From assembly GCF_008831285.2 (NCBI RefSeq), contig NC_045138.2:6882001-6946000 (forward strand): 64,000 nt of DNA, given 5' to 3'. The DNA comes from Nymphaea colorata. Taxonomy: Eukaryota. The translations under genes and the position numbers were made by a program. Under the pieces are notes generated by a model. The model was not told the origin of the DNA. It ran no database searches and saw nothing but the letters and a program-made list of their open reading frames with translations. This document shows, one piece after another, positions 30,801-44,039 of the stretch (positions are counted from its first letter, which is position 1; the number at the start of each line of letters is the position of its first letter).

Positions 30801-33800
30801 GCCTTTTCATTTGCACCATGAAGTTGAGTAGGATGCTGCCATGTTACTGCTGGGGAGCCTGCAAGAGGCAATCGCATGTATTAATTTTACAGTTTGTTTT
30901 TTCATTCCATTGGAGAAGCCTGCAATGTTCCATTTTTCTGTTTCATTTCCTTTACGATTATCAGCCATATAAAGAATCACATTGGCACCATATAGGTCCT
31001 CTCCTTTTAACTTATATTTAGTTTTCAGAAAGGAAAAGCTGTTACTTATAAAAATTGTTTATACATCCAAGACTAGAATTAGAATAAAATAGAAAATGCA
31101 AATACTTTATGTCACGGCATGCTCCCATAGAGTCACAGTTTGATACCTGTTAAATGCAATGTTATAAGATATTCTAATAATCATTTTTATCATTTTATTT
31201 AGTTATTTTCTATGTCTTTTTTCTCATTTATTTTATTTCTACCAAACATTTGCTTCATTTTTTAAAATTGCTGAGATTTTCCTGAGAAAACAACTTTTGC
31301 CAAAAAATGCTGAAGAAAAGCCTCACCATAAGAAAACCAAGAAAACAAGAGTGATATTTGTGGCTATTTAGAACTACACTAGAGGGTGATAAATTTCAAA
31401 TATCAAGAACAGGTTCTTGATGACCATAATTTTTCCAAAAACTTCTTTTTAAATAACTAGTGCAAAGAATAAATATGAGCAACAAATAGAATGGCTAGGT
31501 CTAATTTTAATCTGGCTGCATGCCAGTACATAATGCTGAGATGTTGACATGAACAGATGACATCAGTATGGTATAGCATTCTTCAAGAAACTGAGGAGCT
31601 GTGTGTGTGTGTGCAAGTGTATATCCGTTCCTTATGGGTTAACCAGAAAAGTGCAACCTGTAAATCCTTCATGGGGTGCGGAGGGAGGGTGTGTGTTTAT
31701 GTATGTGTATAAAGAGACTGAGAGAAACTGGTAGGTGCTAGACGGATAAGGAACAATCTCATGTCTAGATCTTTTCTAGATCAGCGGTTGAGAGAAAAAC
31801 AAGGAGAAAAAAAACGTGAATTAATACTAGATGACAAAATGCCCCCATCACCTTTTTCTCCTTGTTTTTCTTAATCTAGATCTATTTCTTAAGAAAGTAT
31901 ACTGACCAATTGCTGTCAATTGTAAATCTTGGTATGTAAACAAGGGGCATTCTATTTTTATAAACATGGACAAGATGACCAATGATTTCAACTATGACAT
32001 ATCATCATAAAAGACTTTGGAAAAGTGCAAAATTGTTTAGCTGAACTCGATAACCAGAGTGTATGTACTGGTCTGCAAGGATGAAGTAGTGTGAAGGCCT
32101 TCTTGGTGAATGAGGAAGGTTTCCCAAAGATTTTATGGAGGAAAAATTACATAATAAATGGTGAAAATGTAGCCCCCTAGCTCAAATCCAAGAGAAATCA
32201 GTGTTTTCTATTATCATCAAAAAGAAAAGAAAAAAATGACATCAAATGGTATCTATGATTCTATGTTAATGATTCTTGTTGGATTGTCCAGAATTCATCA
32301 TTTGCATTGGCACCATTTTTCAGTTACATGAAGCCTTATGAGTATTAAGTTAATTGGTTTCTACTTGCCTGGTCAAACCAAGAAACAGGACAAATGGTCA
32401 AAATTATTTTGTTCACCCACTGTAATTACTTATACAGAGAATCTTGAGCAGTTTCAACATGAAGACAAATTCTCTTGACAGGCAGTCAGGGTGCACTTGC
32501 TGCAGACTTAAGTTTCATTCCCTTTGTTTTGAGAACAATAAATTGTATTTGCTTTCTCAAGCAATTTGTTCCAAATTGGGATCTTAATTCTTATTTTGAC
32601 TTCATTGATTGAATGCGATTAGGTGTACCTAAGGCGCATCAATCACTCTTTCAGCATGGGCAGTAAAAGAGGAAAAAGGTCGTATGTAATTCGATATTGG
32701 AAAAATGCCTATTCGAAGGCCTCATACAGTCATACTACACAATTGGAAAGATGGAAATAGTAAACCTTCCAATATTTAATTGATTGCTTGAAATTTTCTA
32801 TTTTTGTAATTGACTTTTGTTTCCTATTAATTCAAATAAATATGACAATTTTGTTAATGAACACAAGATCTTGAGGAGGACCTTGTTAGTTAATTCCCTT
32901 TTGCCTACATCAAGTTTTCAAACTCTGGCCACCTATGTCACATGGGTGCGGGTGTGGTTGCGAGTGAGAGGTGCAGCAAATTTCAGAAAAACATGGGTGC
33001 AAACATGTAACATATCTTACATATAAGTTATAAACAGAGTATATATATAAAACAGAATTGATTAATGAAACTTATACAATTAATACATATATGAAAACAT
33101 GTTCCCAGATTAAGAAAACTTATAAACCATTGTCATATATATCGTGTACGGGTATTATATAGCGAGGACTTTCTCAAGAATAATACGGCAAAGTTGTATA
33201 TCTCGGGAATATCTCTAGAAAATCTCGGCAAATTTTAAAAAAAAATTAAAACATTTAATAAATCCTGAAAATTATAAAATAATAAAAATAATAAAAAATA
33301 CAAAAAATGCATAAATAATCATAAATAACACACATTCTTTTCACGTTTTTTTATTTTCTGGCGTTGTTTTTTAAAAAGACATGTTTTTTTCACGTTTTAT
33401 ATGGCTGACTTTTTTTTGCGTATTATACGCGTTTTTTTTCGAATAAGATGCATTTTCTGTGACAACGTTATAAACAGCAAGAGGATACATGACTATACGG
33501 CATATGCACTATATAAAATTATGAGTAACTGATACTATCTAGTATTGACCTGTGAAAGTATGTAGTAAAATACTAATAGATGAAGCAAAACAGAAAAAAC
33601 TGAAAAACAGAAGCATCATTTCTAAAAAAACATCGAAAAAAAGACAAAAATGATCTCGACGTGGTTTTGACCACACCAGAATTTGTGTTGACCACAACCA
33701 GTGCCATGTCGAAGGGGCACCCGCACCTAAGTCATGTCGACTCGGGTGCTTTTGCTGTTTTGGTGAGTCCATGTGACATAGCTGACCACAGCATAGTTCA

Positions 33801-36800
33801 TGAGAAGGATATTCAATGGTAGACTCAAATGTATGATACCAATATCAACCACATTCAAGAGCGAATTGTTTCCATTGAACAAATTCACTTTCTAGTTTCC
33901 ACAGGTATTTTTTCCTGGTATCCAGAAAGAGTGCCACATGACAAACCTTTTCATTACTATGAGATGCAGGAAACCCTCTACAATTTTCACATGAATCACC
34001 CACATTTAGGAGGCATTTTTCTCTTGTCCACCTAAACTCTTACATTCTGCCATACACAACAATGTCCTTGCCATCTTCTGACAACAGAGGAACTGGTTGA
34101 GCTCCATATAAGGCATTGATCTGATGCAATTTGCGTCAGATAAGTCAACACCACCATGGTTTTGCCCTTTCAAGTCATCTCATAGAATTAAATGCCTGTT
34201 TTCTCAGAATGAAACTTCCAATGCAATCTTCAAAAGTTCAACACATTTCGTTGTAATGTATTGGCCCAAAGTCTAGGAAATGAATAAGCTTCATCTGGAT
34301 GCCAAATGAATGATGTAGGGCCCATTGCAAGAAGAGGACATTAAGGCCTACAATTAAGTTGCTCCAAAAAAATATAAATGTCAAGAAATTCATTCAAATC
34401 AAATAAAACAATCAAAAGAATAGGTAAGGATGGAAAAGCAGTCAGGCATCCAGAAGCAGTTTAGGCGACCATTTCATGAATCCCAAGTCCAATGCCGAGT
34501 GGAAGGGGGCAGTCAGCAGGCTGCTCCACTGCAGCACAACTATTTGAAGGTCTGCTGCATTGGGACACAATGCAATTAATTAGGTTTTCAATGGAGCCAA
34601 CAATGAAGCAAATGATTGAAGCTTTCTGCAGAGTGATTGATTGAACCTCAAAACTGGTCTCAGTCCTAACATGTGTTCAAATTGACACAGGAAATGGAAT
34701 CTATTTGTGAATGAGTGTTACTTAACAATTTCACAGTTACTTTTTGTCTTCCTGATTGTTGTGTCATTAGAATTATTTATGTCTTACAAAGTTTTACCAT
34801 TTTGACTATGGAGGAAAGAGCAAGAAAAGCAAGGAGGGCAGAATCAGCACAAAGAGAGTAGTTATGGATTCCTTACCTTCAACCAATTTACAACTAGCAT
34901 CCTGCAAAGCTAGTATAGATTCAATATAATGTTGCAAGAATAATGTCCCGCTTGTTGATTCTGAAGGAAGAGCCAACTGCAAATAGAAAGCCAAATTGAT
35001 GACGTTATAGATAACAGCTTCATATCATACATTCCAAGGGAAGAAAACAGATATCTGAAGTCTACACGTGTCCACAGAGAAGGCAAGAAAGAAACTTTAT
35101 GATAAATGTCAATCAATCAAACAGACAAGGATGCCTATAAACCATCAACTGATAGAAAAATAGACTACCCAGGATATGGATAAATTTATCAACAAGCTAA
35201 AGAATGGGAGCAATATATTATGCATGAGAGAGAGAAAGAGAATGAGAGAGAACCTTGATTCCATTGTATCCAAGGCGTTCGCCAAGACCACCTGCAACAA
35301 GAACAAATGCAGCACGACATGCTTCTTTAACCCCAACCTCTTCGAGCATCATAAAATTCTCATCACCAAAAGACAACACTTCCCCCGATGGAACCTGGAA
35401 ATGTCAAATCAAAAAGGAAAACAAAACATTTATACTCCTATTCTCTAAAATCTAAAACCTTCCAATTCAGGGTAGCTGAAGGGCACAATGCAGGAAATAA
35501 AACATCAAAACCGCTAAAATTGTCACACCTTCATTTCCATAAAGGCAAATTCAACCAGTTTGCACATCTCCAATTGTTTTTTCCTATTGGGAAACATGTA
35601 CACTGTTCAAATAAATGCATATAAACTGCAAGTGGGCCCAATTGCCCAAATATTTAATATAGAACCAATGATCACATTTACCACATCACTAAACGAAGGC
35701 CTATGAAGCTACCTTTCTAGAGATCCTCATAAGGAGCCAATTCAAGTATGAACTGTTTACCACTTAATGTACATATTATTGGAGATCTTCATTAGGCATC
35801 AATTAGAAACTTAGAATATGAAGCCGGATTCTTGTTTCTTGCTTGTTTATGGATAAAAAAGAAAAGTTTGAATGGCTCCAAACAACTTGATATGAAGCTT
35901 AGATTGAAACTGCTGAATTCACCTACAGTAAACGCCACATAACACTTGCTTCAAACCATGGGTTGTGATTCTAGATATGGACATTCAAGTTGAGGTGGGC
36001 TATGCTACAGGGCCATTTCTCAGTTAAAAGTATTCAGGCCACACGTGAGAGAATACCAGCTCCAGTTGGGGGAGGCCACTTCATCCAAAAGCAGATCATA
36101 GCTGTCCACAGTGCGCCACAGTAGTGATAATGTGACTGGATCTGGATTGAATCCAGATTTATATACGTCTGAATGTTCTGATTCATTTGTCATGGAAGGG
36201 CTGCAATTCACTTCTATTACAAAAAGAGAATTAGGGATGCCATCTGGTGTGTGAGTGCTATTTTCAAGTCCATCTTTTCTTTTCTTCCTCCTCTCTATTG
36301 TCTGCTGAATGAAGAATGTACGTGGCTTCCAAACATTTGACACTTCTCTCATAATATCAGAGGAAGGCTGTGCATCCTTTCGAAAGGTATGCTTTCAGAG
36401 GTCTGAAATTTGATCTTCCTGTCAGAAATCTTCCTCATTCTTTTCCAGTCTACACTCTTGTTTCCTTCTTCTTACCTTTCGTTTTGTTCCTTTCTTCCTA
36501 AACTAATTTCATATCCTCTTGTCTAAACTCTGGATCTGAAACCTGGCATTCTCTTACATCAGAACAGAATTTTTGTGTTTGGAGTTTCTTTGTCACTGTG
36601 TTCTATCAGATCCGGTATTATCTGATCTGTCTATAGAGATTAAAATATTCAGGTAGGTGTTCTGGCTGATCAGATTCTGTTTTCTCTGATCATATTTTGC
36701 GGTTTTGTCTGATCAGATTCTCCTTTCTCTGACCAGATATTTTTTTCTTTGATCACTATCACTGGACTATATTTTCTAAAATCAAATAGAAACAGTTAAG

Positions 36801-37950
36801 CACAATGATAGCATTGAGAGATAAGAGGTAAAGTTTGTCATTCAAGGCTACGTGAATATGAACAGGGTTACGATAAGATTCTTGGTCTTGTAGTTAAGAT
36901 AGAACAGTTTGCATCATCCTACTGTTGGCAGACAATTATGGATGGCAGTCAAGTCAATTAAATGTAAAAAAGTACATTTTTGCAGAGACCTTAAAAAGAA
37001 GTTCATATGGAACAACCCCCCGATATGGTAAAGGAAATTCATAGGACTATGTACAAACTAAAGGGGGAAAAATCTCTACATAGGGAATCTGTTTCTGGAT
37101 ATCACATATTTAGTAGAAGAAATCAAATGTCATGGAGTGGTATGAAACAAAAAACTGTGGCTAGATCTAGTACTGAAGATAAATACAGGTCTATGGCGGC
37201 AGGGACAAATAAAGCTACTTGAATCAGACATCTGTTGACTAACCTAGGGGAAGGAGTTTTTGATCTCTCTTGTTGTCTTTAATTCAATACAATTATACAA
37301 CATAATCACACAAAGTAGATTGAGATAGACCAGCACTTCATCAAACAAAAGGTTCAGAAGCTTGACGACAAGCAAATTGAGTCCCACATCTGAAATTTTC
37401 TTTCTTTTTCTGATTTTTCTTATTCTTTATGATTAATAAATAATTTTGTCATACATTTAGGATGCACTATAATATGTTATAATACAGCATATAGGTCGGC
37501 CCGACTAATATGCATTATGCTATGCCTTTTACAACATTGGTCCAAATAATTCTAATCAATATGTAATAGCAGGGATACAATTTACTTGTATTAGTCTAAT
37601 ATATAATGAGTTACCTTGTAGAACTAAAAATGGAGTTGCAGCCTAGTGTGTGGCTGCTGTTTTCTCAATCCCTTGTTTATTCCTCGACTCTATTTTCATT
37701 AAATGAGATTGTAGCAGCTTCCAAACATCTGTTACTTTAAATTCTTTCAACAAATTACGATCCTTTTCTTAGGCTGCTCTATTCAATGTCACACAACATA
37801 CACTTAGTTTGCTTTTGCATTGGGATAGTGAAAAAAATGGAAGTCGGACACAGGTTGCTCAAGGCCCTCAAAGAACTGACCGAGACTATTCAGTCCAAGC
37901 CAATTGACTATAGATAAACAAATGCATATTTACAATTGAATATATATATT

Positions 37951-38007
<57 letters not shown>

Positions 38008-41000
38008 TCAAAGAATGCATATCTATTTACAGATCAAGGATCAAACAGCCAACCAACGATTAGGTTGTCTACTTGACTAGTCTGACCAATTATTTGCATG
38101 TCTGAAACACAGGTTGGTTGATAACTGACTCAACCGAATGAGGACTGTGACAACTAAGAATGTCACACATGGGACGCAACCATTTTTAACACTCTTAACA
38201 ATGGAAATTCTGACATTCCAGAGAGATGACACAAGTGAATAATCAGGTTTAAGAATAATATGCGCTTTTTAACTGATGGCACATCAATGTGCAAACAACA
38301 ATATGCATTTCCAATTAATACAAAGGAAAAAAAAAATCAAGAGCTAAAGGAAAAAATAAATGCCTAGAGAACATAAACCATGAATAACTTCACTTACTGA
38401 TGGAATAAATCCATCATATGGATTTTTACCAGCCTTTGAATCTGCCAAGAGGCTTCTAGCATTTCGAATATATGATAACAAACCACCTGGGTAGCTGTTA
38501 TTGAGCAAAGTTACCTGCAATCATCATATACAAAATTGACAAGCTAGATGCAATGAGCAACTTAAAGAAAATTATAGAGGATGAAGAGGCATTTGAGAGA
38601 GAGAGAGAGAGAGAGGCTAAATATATTTCCAAATTACAAAAGCGGTAGATAATTGGTGAAGCTAGCTAAATGATATGCGGTAGCAAGCTACAATTCAGCA
38701 CAAAATTATGCATGAATTATCCTTGAGCCCCATTATCAGAATGCCGTTTCTTTTTTTCTTTTCACATCCCTCATCTACTAATTGATTACATGTTGGGAAG
38801 TTGAGTAAATTAGGAATAACTGACTAACAAAAATTTATGTGTCCAAAATGCAAGCTCAGTATGGCCTAGGACAAGTCAATACTGACTTTCTAAGATGCAA
38901 ACAGGGATTTAGTCAGCTTGATTCATGAGCAGATGTGGACTACATAGTTCTGCTTATTGGGTTTTCTCTAACATGAGAAAATTTCCTGGTCAAATTTAGA
39001 CGGATGGATAGTGCAAGTGCATCAACGTAGAAATATTGATGCAACCTGGACCTAGCTGAGATCGATCATAAAGCATGACTCCGTTAAATTCAAAAAAGTA
39101 TAACCCAGAAGTTTTAAACCAATATTTTCTCATTTAAGGCTAAGAAGTTTGCAGCTATATGTTATTACATGAAAGAACACATGCTGCACTTACTGCAGCT
39201 GATTCTGTATACATCTGCCTAAGTTATAACATTCCGAGGAACAAAGAACCACTTGTTTTAAGTTTTAAACTTTAAAGGCTCCTATTGTATCTTTCTTGTA
39301 AAACTAAGTCTGATACCAAAACCCCACAATCAAATAATAAATTCCAACCCAGTTGATATTTTGAATGCATTATTAAATTCAAATAAGCAGATATAGGTGA
39401 TCAGGCATCCAACCAAACCGACCCATACATAACCATATCATTCTGTCATGTCAGAGGCTGCTTGCACAAGCATTTTTCCAGGTGGGAAAGCAGAAGACTA
39501 AATCAGCACAAGCAGAAGAAGACAACCTTGGTACAATCATATTTGCAACATAGCTGATTGGGTGACAGTGAGCTATTACATCATAAACCAGTGCTAACAA
39601 CCATCTTAGCTGTAGATCAAGGATTACCATAATCCAAGGACTACTCTGTTTCAGTAGTGTACCTTCATACAGTTGCAATAGCAACGAAACTGACAAGAAA
39701 GAGCTGATAAAAAGGAGTGGATCATTTTTCATGTTCCCTACTTTCAGAAGTAACATAAAGTGTTCACAGCATGGCATAGGGTTCACTCAGTGCAATACAA
39801 CAGATATAAAGAGACCAACATCAGAAAACCAACCTGATTGAAAAAACCATGTTTTGCTGCATCATCAATACCAGGCTCAGGCCAATGTTCAAAAAGGTGC
39901 CCTTGTTTCTCTTTAATTAGCATTTTTGCGAGATCAATCTGAATTAATTAAATAAATATTAATAAATGCAACAAAACCCTCATTCAAAAAAAATGCACCT
40001 AAGAAAAAAAAATTATACAATCTGAAATAACAGCTCTTAGACATGAAAAACTGAAATCATCAGATGACATTGCACCACATCCAATAGCATCTAGCTGGTG
40101 ACACCTACTATGTTGCATGTTGAACTGCAGCACTTTTGCACCAATTACTTCTAAACTACTTTTATTTCATTAATTACATTTTTTAGAATGCTTCCCATTT
40201 TACATAAGGGGCTTCTTTGTGCCACTAAATTTTTAATAGAATATAATTTTATTTTGACAACAGAAATGCCATTACAAAGAAGTGCATTGCCATTAGTCAT
40301 GCCTGTTTTCCTTATGTACTCATTATACTCAAACTGACATTTCATGATAATACTAGCACTGACATGTTAAGACATGACATATTTGATTTGGATCCCAAAT
40401 CAGACCAGATCCAGATCCGCACATTCATGTTAATTGAGTAAAGTATCTCAGATACCAAGAATTATTGTACTTGCCCATAGTGGGTAGATTTACGTTAATA
40501 TAAAGTTAATAGAATGCAATCCCAAGCCTCCATTAAAGGACATAAGTTTCCACCTATTTCTCATCCATGTTTATTTTCTTGCAATAAACTATAATGGTAA
40601 TAATCTCATAGGTTCTGTTATAGTTTCAGAGACAGGTTATGTGAAGTTGTGATCATCTCCAAAAGGTAAGCCCAATAAGATTGAACATTTCCAAGTTAGA
40701 AAATCTTCTCTCCTGTTTCAGATTTCCTCCTTCATTCTCCTCATCTGGTTCAATTTTCTCAAGTATCTTTGTTCATCTGTTCTTCTTTCACTTCTGCCAC
40801 CACCTCTAATTGTTACTCATCTGCATGTGCTATGTTTATTTGAAATATTTTTCACAAGCATTATTCTTAATTCTGCATTGGAACATAACACAGCATATGC
40901 TCTGTCCTCTTAAACTCAGTCATGCTGTGCATGGCTTTCAAACTGTTATTTTCCTCATTAATTCTGTTTTGTCCTGCACATACACGTCTTCTGCCTTTTA

Positions 41001-42569
41001 ATCTGAGCTTTGGCCTAAATGCCAGTCGGTTTTCATTGCTTCTTTGTTTTTATTATCCTATCTATCCAAAAACCTAAAATTTCTAATTTCCCTTTGTGCC
41101 AATCAGAACCCTATTCTGTCATCTAACAAAAGGTTTCTTTTGTCTAACATGATTTTCATCTCTGTACAATTTGACTGCTCTGTTGTAAGTGCACAGAGTC
41201 TTAAACATTCCTTCTAAAAGGAAAAGGAAAAAAGGGGAAAGGAATGTTAACTGTTTTCCACGTGAAGTTCTAATTTTGTGAGTGGTCAAAAATCAGATTC
41301 AGAATTTGAGGGCATCCTGAAATCAAAGTTCTTCATCATGTGCTCTGTTACTCTTTGGTTTCTCATATTTTCTTTTGCTATGGTCTATTCTAGTCACACA
41401 GCTCTATCCTCCAATGTTTTGAGCTAACTTGTGTTTGAAAAACTTAATCACTCAAATTTTCTAACTTGGAAAACACGAGTTGTTCCTTTTATAAGGAGTC
41501 AAGATCTTTCTAGGCATCTGGATGGACCAGTTCTAGCCCCACCACAGTGAGCTAACTTGTGTTTGAAAAACTTAATCACTCAAATTTTCTAACTTGGAAA
41601 ACACAAGCTGTCCCTTTTATAAGGAGTCAAGATCTTTCTAGGCATCTGGATGGACCAGTTCTAGCCCCACCACAGTTTATTATGCATGAAGAACAGACAG
41701 ATGAAAGTGATGTTCCGTCTTGAATTTTGTAATCCTGAATTCATCACCTAGATAAAGAAAACAAAGCATTGGCAGCATACATCACTTCCGCTTTATCTCA
41801 AGAGGTATAGATTGGCAACCCATAGTTGTTGAATTATGGAATGAGCTCGCCCAATTTTACTCTTTGATATCAAAGGCACATTTTTCCTGCCTTGAACGGG
41901 AGGTTTATACTTTAAACTTTAAGGAAAGGAAGCATGACAGTTAGAAGTATGACAATAAAATTAAAGGTGTCAGAAATCAATTTGCCTTAGTAGGGTGCAA
42001 GTTACAGCAGACTCTTAATGGCTTGGGATGGGAATACTTCTCTATCTTGTTTGCCAGTATTGCCTACCTTCAAGGATCTTCACACTAAGCTTCTCTAGTA
42101 TGAGATAAGTTTTATTGTGTAAGACTAAATCCTTGAAGCCTTGAAGCAATTCAATGGTCATAAACTTGAATTTTTTTAAAAAAAAAATGGATTTGTTTTT
42201 TACTTTAAGTGTGCAAGAGTATCTTCCATGAAAAACTTTACATTCGGCCTTAAGGAACTATGTAAATGACGAAATCAGTTTTCTTAATTTGGAGGTGTAA
42301 TGTAAGAAACACCCCCTTTCGTACTGTAACATAAGATACAGAGGCATATCATTACACATCATACGTTACACCATTAAACTAGTTTGAAAGGTGTAACATA
42401 TCAGTTTTCTCAGAGGTGAGGTGACAAAGCAAGTCATACAATATGTTATACCATGTTACATGAAACACTGCTAGAAACATCAAACTGGAAATGAAGAAAA
42501 GAGATAAAACAAGGTTACCTGCCCTAGCACAAATGAACAACCAGAAAACCTCAATAAAAACACACCGGG

Positions 42570-42653
<84 letters not shown>

Positions 42654-42761
42654 CTCATTACGGGAGAGGATGCATAGATTTTTTCTCAGATTGGTAGGAG
42701 CCCAATCCCCATCACTCATTTCTGGGTTGGAGAGGTTCTCAACCGTGGATCCAGCCATCAT
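11687..42761 (-). CDS. USP: UDP-sugar pyrophosphorylase
   Basis: 17 coding exons (minus): 42761-42654, 39938-39834, 38514-38398, 35394-35254, 34976-34877, 30408-30281, 30199-30128, 29686-29622, 29484-29424, 29343-29226, 23987-23863, 23214-23138, 21764-21659, 20884-20825, 19235-19155, 18135-17899, 11854-11687 (1869 nt, 622 aa). Motifs [73 protein letters not shown]. An in-frame TGA lies upstream of the ATG. Confidence 0.97.
11884..11926. repeat. (CT)n microsatellite near acceptor of last USP exon
   Basis: About 21 CT units, seen directly. Confidence 0.95.
12318..12402. repeat. Imperfect inverted repeat, probable CACTA/MITE subterminal remnant
   Basis: AAAAACTGTCGCAAAAAGTGCATT pairs with AATGCACCTTTTTGTGATGGTTTTT; element termini not found. 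Confidence 0.5.
12698..14014. mobile_element. 1.3-kb non-autonomous hAT element in last USP intron
   Basis: TIRs CAATGTTGTAAGA/TTTTACAACATTG; perfect TSD AAAATAAC (12690-12697, 14015-14022); GCCTC/GAGGCG subterminal arrays; GC-rich interior with no recognisable transposase. Confidence 0.9.
14561..15953. mobile_element. Older 1.4-kb non-autonomous hAT element (CTATGTCACA family)
   Basis: Right end CACCTATATGACATAG with GCACC repeats; left end degenerate with GTCGAC/CACCCGAG repeats; flanks TTCCTAAG/CTTCTAAG (2 mismatches). Confidence 0.6.
16694..16758. repeat. (TA)n microsatellite
   Basis: About 32 TA units, seen directly. Confidence 0.95.
17176..17233 (+). repeat. 24-bp tandem repeat, about 2.4 copies
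   Basis: GTTTTYCTTGGAAGTTTCTCAATA repeated. Confidence 0.85.
21377..21571 (+). repeat. Diverged direct repeat of about 60 bp
   Basis: AAAATATCC..GCCA..TT..TCC..TT.AGCACAAGAG.TACATAAGCAA at about 21377 and 21511. Confidence 0.7.
22227..22419 (+). repeat. Direct duplication, period 110 bp
   Basis: GTGCCAGGATTTTAGAGTAACAATCAGACGTGATCTAT...CCTAGAAC at 22227 and 22337. Confidence 0.9.
23480..23797 (-). mobile_element. Probable solo-LTR remnant containing three ~47-bp repeats
   Basis: TAGAATCCTAGGAGA...TACAAGGA.ATTAA occurs three times (about 23610-23750). The minus strand starts with an LTR-like (C/T)GTTGAAG and carries TATAAATAGAGG followed by a CT-rich tract. No TSD found. Confidence 0.45.
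26034..26124. repeat. Alternating purine-pyrimidine (GT)n/(GC)n compound microsatellite
   Basis: GTGTGTGCGCGCGCATATGTGTGTGTGCGCGCGCGCATATGTG seen directly. Confidence 0.9.
27772..27815. repeat. (CT)n microsatellite
   Basis: About 22 units, seen directly. Confidence 0.95.
32933..33781. mobile_element. hAT-type MITE (CTATGTCACATGG TIR) hosting a nested element
   Basis: Perfect 13-bp TIR CTATGTCACATGG/CCATGTGACATAG; TSD CTGGCCAC/CTGACCAC (1 mismatch). Confidence 0.9.
33128..33467. mobile_element. Nested hAT-type MITE (CATTGTCA TIR)
   Basis: TIR CATTGTCA/TGACAACG; perfect TSD TTATAAAC (33120-33127, 33468-33475); A-rich left half and T-rich right half. Confidence 0.85.
33830..34400 (-). mobile_element. 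Highly decayed LINE ORF2 3' fragment (zf-RVT-like)
   Basis: Minus strand near 34030-33970 reads [13 protein letters not shown], resembling the plant L1 motif KIPPKVKFFxWKL with TGG>TGA decay. Boundaries approximate. Confidence 0.35.
36800..37360 (+). mobile_element. Decayed Ty1/copia RT-RNase H fragment
   Basis: Broken frames: DSIER*..FVIQGY (cf. DGSIERYKARLVAKGY), [33 protein letters not shown] (cf. SWxSKKQxVVARSSxEAEYR), [14 protein letters not shown] (cf. RTKHIEIDxHFIREK). Confidence 0.85.
41420..41675 (+). repeat. 128-bp tandem duplication
   Basis: Units 41420-41547 and 41548-41675 differ at only 3 positions. Confidence 0.95.
42569..42652. repeat. (GT)n(GA)n compound microsatellite abutting the donor of USP coding exon 1
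   Basis: Seen directly; reads (CT)n(CA)n immediately after GAG|GT on the coding strand. Confidence 0.95.
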
Positions 42762-42907
42762 CTTTGAATGCTCAGAAACCAAATAATATTGCAGTCAAAA
42801 TCCTGCAAAAAGTTGAATTTCACAACGAACATTCACACAAATCCAATTTAAGAGATATTTGCAGTTGCCAAAAGCAATGTTGTTAGAAGCATTGAGTGGA
42901 CATTTTG

Positions 42908-44039
42908 CAATGCTGTAAAAGGCGTATCGTAACGTGTATCATTCAGGCCGACCTATACACTGTATCGTAACATATCATAAATTAATTTTTAATTTATAAA
43001 AATTTTAAAAAATAAAAAAATTAGTAAATCAGGAAAAACAAAGAAAGTTTCAGAGAAAATGTGTTCTATATAAAAAAACTCATCACATCATTCATAAGCA
43101 CAACACATTAGAAATTGGAAATAAGAAATTCATAATAACATAGTAAGCATCTATCACAATTTTAATGTTTAAACTTTAAACTGTTTTAGATTACATTGCA
43201 AGTTCACAACATATAATATATCATGATTATCATTACTCAAGGTCTCATCGTCCCCACGGGACCATGAGTCTTCTTTTCCACCAATGAGTTCTCCCCTAAA
43301 CCAATGATTTATGATATAAATGGGCAATTTTTATAGAAAAAATTAATAAAACTTCCTTCTCTCACAAATTTTAGACATGTTTAGAAAGATGATACGAGAG
43401 GTTCTCTCGTAAAAAAAATACAAAAATTCATTTTATCCCTGTATCGTACGATATAGGGTTGTATCGGCTTATATCGTATGACACGGCCTCCGTGTCACAT
43501 GATACAGGCGATAGTGTTGTACGTATTGTATGATACAGGGCCGTATCATCGCGTTTCAAAAATGCGATACGATACACCACATGTATCGTACAGTTACGAT
43601 ACAGGCACCATATTGTACGATACGGTTACGGTACGGCTACGATATGTTACGACACGATTACAATACGTTACGATATGGTTACGATACGGTTATGATACGT
43701 TACGATACAGGTACGATACGGTAATTTTTACTGATTTTTTATTATTTTTTTAGAATTTTTTATATTTTTTCTGATTATTTTAAAAAAAATACAATATAGT
43801 TACGATACGTTACGAATACAATATTTTACAATACAATGTATCTTAAAGCCAGACCGATATGGCTTACAATATGCTTTTTACAACATTGACAGGTGATACG
43901 CCTATGATACATAAGTGTATCGTGTATCATAGGCTTGTCATATAGGTTTGACATGTGAGCTCCTCTAAGTGTTCCAGTCGGTAGAGCCACTCTAGGACCA
44001 CACTATACAGGCCCGTATCGTGCGATACGGATAACACTG
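42908..44039. mobile_element. Composite hAT-type non-autonomous element(s) with GATAC/TACGA arrays in USP 5'-UTR intron
   Basis: Left TIR CAATGCTGTAAAA; matching right TIR TTTTACAACATTG ending 43888; a further end GATAACACTG at 44039; dense (TACGA)n at about 43440-43720. TSD not cleanly matched. Confidence 0.7.

Noticed and set aside
39309..39318. TGGTATCAGA (tRNA-Met PBS-like) on the minus strand
   Set aside because: No adjacent LTR end or gag sequence could be identified.
43478..43753. YDT-rich ORFs
   Set aside because: They are translations of the TACGA repeat array.
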